Assembly: GCA_951406725.2 (NCBI GenBank)
Contig: OX597831.1
Coordinates: 4,092,001-4,156,000, forward strand
DNA length: 64,000 bases
Direction of reading: 5' to 3'
Source: Octopus vulgaris
Taxonomy: Eukaryota
Part shown: positions 56,990 through 64,000 of the stretch, piece after piece
Position numbering within the stretch: position 1 is the first letter of the stretch
Layout: every line of letters begins with the position of its first letter
Notes under the pieces: generated by a model
Databases searched by the model: none
The model's input: only the letters and a program-made list of their open reading frames with translations
Told to the model about the DNA's origin: nothing
Position numbers and translations under genes: made by a program

Positions 56990-56993
<4 letters not shown>
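56741..56993. mobile_element. (TA)n-embedded fold-back element with perfect 68-bp inverted repeat
   Basis: 56846-56913 and 56926-56993 are exact reverse complements around a 12-bp spacer; one arm has an extra ~100-bp tail. Confidence 0.8.
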
Positions 56994-57036
<43 letters not shown>

Positions 57037-57074
57037 TTTAAATATATGTGTATACACACACAAACACAAATTTG

Positions 57075-57285
57075 TGTGCGAAAGGGTCCAGATATGTTGA
57101 GCGCAAAGAATTGGATTCTTTACGATGAGTTTCTTGTGAATTTCTTGTCAAAACCATGGCGTTCTTCTATTCTCGCCTTATTCGCCAGATTTTGCATCTG
57201 CAGATTTTTTCTCTTCCCTAAGATGAAAATGCAGCTCAAAGATCGCCGTTTTAACACCATTGTCGAAATCCAGAGCGTATATCTG
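57075..57285 (+). pseudogene. Mariner transposase C-terminal fragment
   Basis: WILYD...PYSPD..(frameshift)..FFLFPKMKMQLKDRRFNTIVEIQ. Confidence 0.75.
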
Positions 57286-57912
57286 AGACAATTATAACGA
57301 ATACGGAAATTTATACATCCCAATTGGTTTAAGGTGAAATCCGCATGCAGCGCCCAGCGTGGCAATATTGGAAATAATCGGATATTGGTTTGAGATACGT
57401 AAACAATAATATTTGACTTATATAAAGATTCGGATTGGCCTTAGTACATATTTCATATATTTAAATTATATCTGACTTAGTGACCCGTAATTGTACACAC
57501 ATATATCCCTTTATCCCTTTACTAGTTTCAGTCATTTGACTGTGGTCATGCTGGAGCACCACCTTGAAACATTAATTTCTAATTCACCTAAAACTAGTGG
57601 TGGAAAAATATACTCTGACTTAATTTAAGATCTAGTGGTTATGATTTGAAACTGATACCTAGGGTCATTATATGGTCACCCTGATAAATTTTTATAGCCA
57701 TATCGGGTTTCCAAATGTTCTGCTAACATTCTTTGCAAACAAAAACTATAGTCCACAACCGCATTTAGCGCTAGCTAAACGTAGATACCATTCGTTCGCT
57801 TTAAATCACAATATTCGTCGGACCGTGTATGAAGCTGGATACGCTACTAACCAGATGAATGAAACTGGGTCCAAATGCAATTGTGATATCTCTATACAGC
57901 AGAAACGTACAA

Positions 57913-58334
57913 AGGCGGCAAGCTGGCAGAAACGTTAGCACGCCGGGCGAAATGCTTAACGGTATTTCGTCTACCATTACGTTCTGAGTTCAAATTCTGC
58001 CGAGGTCGACTTTGCCTTTCATCCTTTCGGGGTCGATTAAATAAGTACCAGTTGTGCACTGGGGTCGATATAATCGACTTAATCCGTTTGTCTGTCCTTG
58101 TTTGTTCCCTCTGTGTTTAGCCCCTTGTGGGTAATAAAGAAATAGAAATAGGTAATTCGTCTGCCGTTATGTTCTGAGTTCAAATTCTGCCGAGGTCGAC
58201 TTTGCCTTTCATCCTTTCGGGGTCGATTAAATAAGTGCCAGTTGTGCACTGGGGTCGATATAATCGACTTAATCCGTTTGTCTGTCCTTGTTTGTCCCCT
58301 CTGTGTGTAACCCCTTGCGGGCAGTAAAGAAATG
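57913..58334 (+). mobile_element. SINE family C with tandem internal duplication
   Basis: Two ~190-bp units, as at 43307. Confidence 0.87.
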
Positions 58335-59508
58335 AGAAACGTACATCGGACACATTTAAATCAAATATGGTGTATTATTGACAGTGGAAATATAAACTGG
58401 CAGATGTATTAATTTTTGATCTCATTGTAATTGTCTTGAATATATATATATTTAAATCAAATATGGTGTATTATTGACAGTGGAAATATAAACTGGCAGA
58501 TGTATTAATTTTGGATTTCATTGTATAGCTCTTGTTATATTGTGAAAATGATAAAGTGTTCGCAAAAGCTACACAATGCTTTGGTGCAATTTACGTAACT
58601 CAACTTTGTTGATAAAGCGATATTTCGGTATCAAATATATTTCCTTGAATATTTTTCTTTCAAAGCTTTCTTGAATATATTAATCATTTTCTCAGTATCT
58701 CTAACACTGAATCTTATTTCCATTATTAATGTACACTGAACCTAAGGTGACTCCATCTCTAAGATAAGAAGAAAAAAAAAAAAAGAATTGGAAGCGAAAC
58801 ATGAACGAAAACAAGTTATTGCAACAGGACATAAGCGTCACCGAGAGAGAGAGAGAGAGAGAGAGAAAGAGATTTTCGCAGCGGGATGTGACGTCAAATG
58901 TGCTTTTCGCTGCCGTTGGATTCCGGTGAAACCATCACGTGACAAACAGCTTGCTCAGGAATTTCATTGCATGGAGCCTAACATGTGGGAAGCACGCTGT
59001 GAATGAGGAGCAGAATGTGGTGTTGAGGAGACAGCATAGGAACCCTTGAAGTTCCATTGTGATTTCATTGCTTGATGGCGTCCTTATTTTTACGAGTTTC
59101 CAACATGGCGTATGATGCTTATATCTGTCAATTGAAACATTTTTTTAAAAACTTCTTTATCTTCCACCTGTTTCAATCATTTGGTTGTGGCCATGCTGGG
59201 ATACCGCCTTTTTCAAAGAATTTTCAACTGAATGAGTCGACCTTCTCAGTTCTTGTGTTTTTAAAGCCTGGAACTTATTCTATCGGTTGTTTTTTGTCGA
59301 GCCGCTATGTTCCGGGGGACGTAAACACCCCAGTGCCAGTTGCAAAGCGGTCATGGGGGGGAAGAGCCCAAATACAAACACTCACACATACACACACACA
59401 TGTAGTTTTATATATATATATATACAAAACTCATTCTTCTTCTTCCTCTTCTTCTTTTTCTTTTTCTTCTCCTTCTTCTTTTTCTTCTTCTTCTTCTTCT
59501 TCTTCTTC

Positions 59509-59587
<79 letters not shown>

Positions 59588-59595
59588 TATTATCA

Positions 59596-59626
<31 letters not shown>

Positions 59627-59854
59627 TTTTATTATTATTATCATTATTATTATTATTATTATTCAAACGGTAGATCAATTATCAGAAAGAGGGAGAGAGA
59701 AAATTACATGCTTGTGTGTTATTATTCTTTCTCTCGCCCTTATTAAGCCTAGCCAGGCTCATGGGCCCGGTTATCCCGGTTTCTGTATTATGTATTCCCC
59801 ATTGGACGGGACGCCAGTCCATCGCAGCGTTACACTTAAAAAACAGGAAGAAAT

Positions 59855-60285
59855 AGACCCATCATGACTACCCGTCTGATAAAGGTACACCAGGCACATG
59901 CATCACAACCATATGTGCGCGACATGGTGATCTCATATCAAGATAAACAGCACATGACCTTGCAAGTGGGGCCCAGTTAGAATTTTCTTCAGGTTGAGTA
60001 TCCCATCCCGCTCAAACGGTCCCTGAATAAGGGTTGTTTAAGGATGTTGAAAGAACCACCCATGTTTCCAGAGGTGAACTATTCAAACCCCAAAGAATCC
60101 CTCTCAACACATGGCTATGATGCTCCCCCACTACTTCTGCTCGTGATCAGAGATGCACATATCGTCAGCCACTAAGGGACATGCTCAACTGGTTAAGGTC
60201 AAACAACTGACAAGCAAATCTGTGGTATTGAGCAGAATATTTGCTGTAGCCCATCTTTTATACCAAGACAAAACAATGTACATGA
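59855..60285. repeat. Interspersed repeat family E (longest copy)
   Basis: Homologous to 11075-11250 (inverted) and 33070-33195. Confidence 0.7.
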
Positions 60286-60580
60286 TAACACACACACTCA
60301 CACACACACACATACACACACACACATTCATATGTATGTACATCTATCAATCAATCTATCTATCTATCTATCTATCTGCCTGACTGTCTATCTATCTGTC
60401 TATCTCTCTGTCTGTCTATCTGTCAGTCTACGTATGTATGTTTGTATGTATTTACTCTTTTGCTTGTTTCAGCAACTTGACCAGCAGGACTTATTCTTTG
60501 CAAGCCTAGTACTTATTCTATCGGTCTCTTTTGCCGAACGTAAACACATCAGCAGCGATGTTGGGGCGACAAACACAGAA

Positions 60581-60623
<43 letters not shown>

Positions 60624-60772
60624 CGACGGGCTTTGACCAGCCCGAGGCTATAGTGGAAGACAAACCGCGATTCTCCGATCGCGAGTCCGCTGCCCTAACC
60701 ACTTGGCAATGGCGTGTGGGCATATACACAAACACACACAAATAACTATACGATACAAATCGCTCCCTTGAG

Positions 60773-60804
<32 letters not shown>

Positions 60805-60830
60805 CTGTGTACGAGTGTAAGATAGTCTGT

Positions 60831-61150
60831 GTGAGGGCGCGTGGCTTAGTGGTTAGGGCATTCGGCTCATGATCGTAAGGTTGTGAGTTCGATTCCCGGC
60901 GACGCGTTGTGTCCTTGAGCAAGACACTTTATTTCACGTTGCTCCAGTCCACTCAGCTGGCAAAAATGAGTTGTACTTGTATTTCAAAGGGTCAGCCTTG
61001 TCACTCTCTGTGTCACGCTGATTATCCCCGAGAACTACGTTAAGGGTACACGTGTCTGTGGAATGCTCAGCCATTTGCACGTTAATTTCACGAGCAAGCT
61101 GTTCCGTTGATCGTATCAGCTGGGACCCTCGTCGTCGTAACCGGCGGAGT
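60831..61150 (+). mobile_element. SINE H1+T1 (CORE-like), young copy
   Basis: A-box TGGCTTAGTGG, B-box GAGTTCGATTCCC, CORE-like TGTGTCCTTGAGCAAGACACTT. Confidence 0.92.
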
Positions 61151-61247
61151 CTTTAATCTTGACACTCTACATGGAAGATTGAGCAATCCGTTTTTCTCTT
61201 TATTGTTTACAGAGAAGTCTTTATATCTGCAGCTTTGCAAACGCTCA

Positions 61248-61375
<128 letters not shown>

Positions 61376-61424
61376 TACACACACACACATTCATATGTAT
61401 GTACATCTATCTATCAATCAATCA

Positions 61425-61868
61425 AGGTTACCGTGGTCTTTTTCGTAGACTTTTCTTCCCACGGATAAACCTTACTTGCTTTCCCCTTAACACCATACAT
61501 CACGACACTGTGATACACGATCCCTATTGATCGTTTTTTTGGGGGTTTTTTCCTCTCCCCCTTTTTTCCTCTTTTTTCTTCTTTTTCATTTTTTTTCTTT
61601 TTTTCCCTTTTTCATTTCCTTTTTCCTCTTTTTTCTTCTTTTTTCATTTTTTCTTCTTTTTTCATTTTTTTTTCTTTTTATCCCTTTTTCTTTTCCTTTT
61701 TTCTTTTTTTTACTTTTCCTTTTTTTCTTTTTTTTTTGTTCTTTTTCCCTTTTACAATCCCTTTTGATTGAAAACCTACGACACCTTTTTTTTTTCTCCC
61801 CCAAAAGAAAAGCTCTACCTTGTAACTTGTCCCATCTGTGTGCAGCCCTGTGTGGCCAATAAAGAAAC
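61425..61868 (+). mobile_element. LINE-like 3' end (pyrimidine-rich UTR, AATAAA) inserted in an (ATCT/ATCA)n tract
   Basis: Absent from the paralogous unit at 60290-60827; ends GGCCAATAAAGAAA. Confidence 0.5.
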
Positions 61869-61939
61869 TTATCTATCTGCCTGACTGTCTATCTCTCTGT
61901 CTGTCTATCTGTCAGTCTACGTATGTATGTTTGTATGTA

Positions 61940-62083
61940 TTTACTCTTTTACTTGTTTCAGCAACTTGACCGCAGGACTTATTCTTTGCAAGCCTAGTAC
62001 TTATTCTATCGGTCTCTTTTGCCGAACCGATATGTTACGGGGCGTAAAACACATCAGCATCGATTGTCAAGCGATGTTGGGGG

Positions 62084-62155
<72 letters not shown>

Positions 62156-62294
62156 GACGGGCTTCTTTCAGTTCCAAATCCAGACCAGCCCGAGGCTATA
62201 GTGGAAGACACTTGCCCAAGATGCCACGCAGTGGGACTGAACCCGGAACCATGTGTTTCGTAAGCAAGCTACTTACCACACAGCCACTCCTACG

Positions 62295-62297
<3 letters not shown>
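61940..62297 (-). mobile_element. SINE family A (internally deleted)
   Basis: Family A alignment; sister copy at 60450-60662. Confidence 0.85.
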
Positions 62298-62343
<46 letters not shown>

Positions 62344-62372
62344 CTGTGTACGAGTGTAAGATAGTCAAGTAG

Positions 62373-62409
<37 letters not shown>

Positions 62410-62645
62410 GAGTGAGCGGTAGGAATGGGGGAAGTTTGTTAAAAAAAGAGTTTCGCCTTTTGTACTACGTTCAGTTCTGTTTATTTTTTGGTCTTTCTCA
62501 GTTTCTCAGACACAATTGTTCTTTATAATGAAAAGCGTTCATTCTTTTCTCACTTTTTGCTTGTCTCCGATCATCTCACTCTCACTCTCTCTCTCTCTTT
62601 CACTCTCTCTCACTTTCCTTACACACACATATATGCATGCATTTA

Positions 62646-62759
<114 letters not shown>

Positions 62760-62789
62760 TGTATGCATATACATTCATACCTACAAACG

Positions 62790-62847
<58 letters not shown>

Positions 62848-64000
62848 TGTATGTATGTATGTATATGTTTATATACATGTAAAGTTTGAGCTGTTATTGT
62901 CCTCAACTGGATTTTATATATTTTTTCTTATCTCCCCCCCCCCGCTTTTTTTTTTCTGCCGGTCGGCTGGATGAGGTACCAACAGGCATATTTGACCAAA
63001 AGCATATTTAAATATAAAAAAAACAAAAAACAAAGCAAAAGAAAAAAAAAAAAACTTCATTAGCGAAAATTAAACCAACTTTCAAAGAATGGATTCAACC
63101 AGCTAAGAATTGAAGATAAGAACAGTCATGTTAATCTCAAACTTACACCATTCTCATTAATCTGTTCGCTATTCATAATTTAACTATTCTACTACAATAT
63201 TAACCCGTACGTTCTTATAAAAAGTACCTCCATTATAAGTTTCATAACTTTATAGACAATGCTTTTTCCTCTTTGCTGCCAATAATTCACATGTTTATTC
63301 ATTGGGAAACAATAATGCAAAGAAAAATCTTTAAAACACTTTAAAGGCTTATATTTGATGTTGAAATTATACAAAGATAAATTGATAGAGGACAGATTCG
63401 ACAGCGATCGTCTGTTTGTATTCCGAAACTGATCGTCTGTACGAAAATATGAAAAGAAATCCATATCTGGACTGATGTGAATAGATGTAATGCCGTTGAC
63501 ATCATGTAATGGTGTTATATATGTAGACAACACCGTCGGGAAAGATAAGAAAAACACATTTGTGTGATTAAAAAATGACCAACAGAGATAGCTGCATAGA
63601 TAAACAGACAAAAAGAAAGAAAAAAGTGAACATCAGGGAAACAGAGACATGTAGAAAGATAGAGAGAAGGAGAGGTGAGATAGAGCGTGTAAGAAAGTGA
63701 GAGAGAGAGGGAGAGAGAGGGAGAGATGGGGGAGGGAGAGAGAGAGAGAGAACTGAAACAAAATAGCTGTGTTCTGTGTTTGGTAAAGATCTTCCCACCT
63801 GTACGAGTTGACATGATAACCCGGTCGTCTCCATAGTAGTCAGAGACACAGTCATATCACCACAAACTAATTTATAGTTGCTTTTCATATATTTTAACCA
63901 AAACTTTACACAGGTTTCTACAATGGGTAACTCGAAACCCGATCTTTCGTACAACTATGTCTCGAGAGACCACAGTTATGTGCCATTTGTTACTCAAGAT

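Noticed and set aside
58354-58525. 96-bp-period direct duplication (also short duplications near 18905 and 48844)
   Set aside because: Ordinary local slippage duplications with no further structure.
60831-60905. tRNA-like heads as tRNA genes
   Set aside because: They have A/B boxes but continue into SINE bodies, often with TSDs, and I could not fold a complete cloverleaf.
63192-63954. Minus-strand ORFs after a polypyrimidine/AG as possible exons
   Set aside because: No recognisable domain and frames are interrupted; RNA-seq or BLASTx would be needed.

Overview
Repeat-saturated, AT-rich eukaryotic DNA with no intact protein-coding gene that I can support. The tRNA-headed SINE families and the extreme (TA)n/(CA)n/(TACA)n load point to an octopus/coleoid cephalopod intron or intergenic region (inference). 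Almost all listed ORFs are microsatellite or SINE read-throughs. The real coding remnants are decayed transposons: an RLE-type (R4/Dong-like) LINE, RTE LINEs, mariner and hAT. Other elements are three SINE groups, Helitron-type elements and TIR MITEs. The main unannotated signal is a dense set of self-cleaving ribozyme motifs. About 12 type I hammerhead motifs in about 7 sequence families lie mostly in short, (TA)n-embedded, often fold-back Penelope-like (PLE) mini-elements, and three families show a recurrent CCGAnGA core variant. A TSD-bounded ~375 bp RTE-like element starts exactly at an HDV-like ribozyme fold. Other notable points are a combinatorial head x tail SINE system and a duplicated, motif-rich non-coding block. 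All structures were folded and aligned by eye; coordinates are approximate to a few bases.
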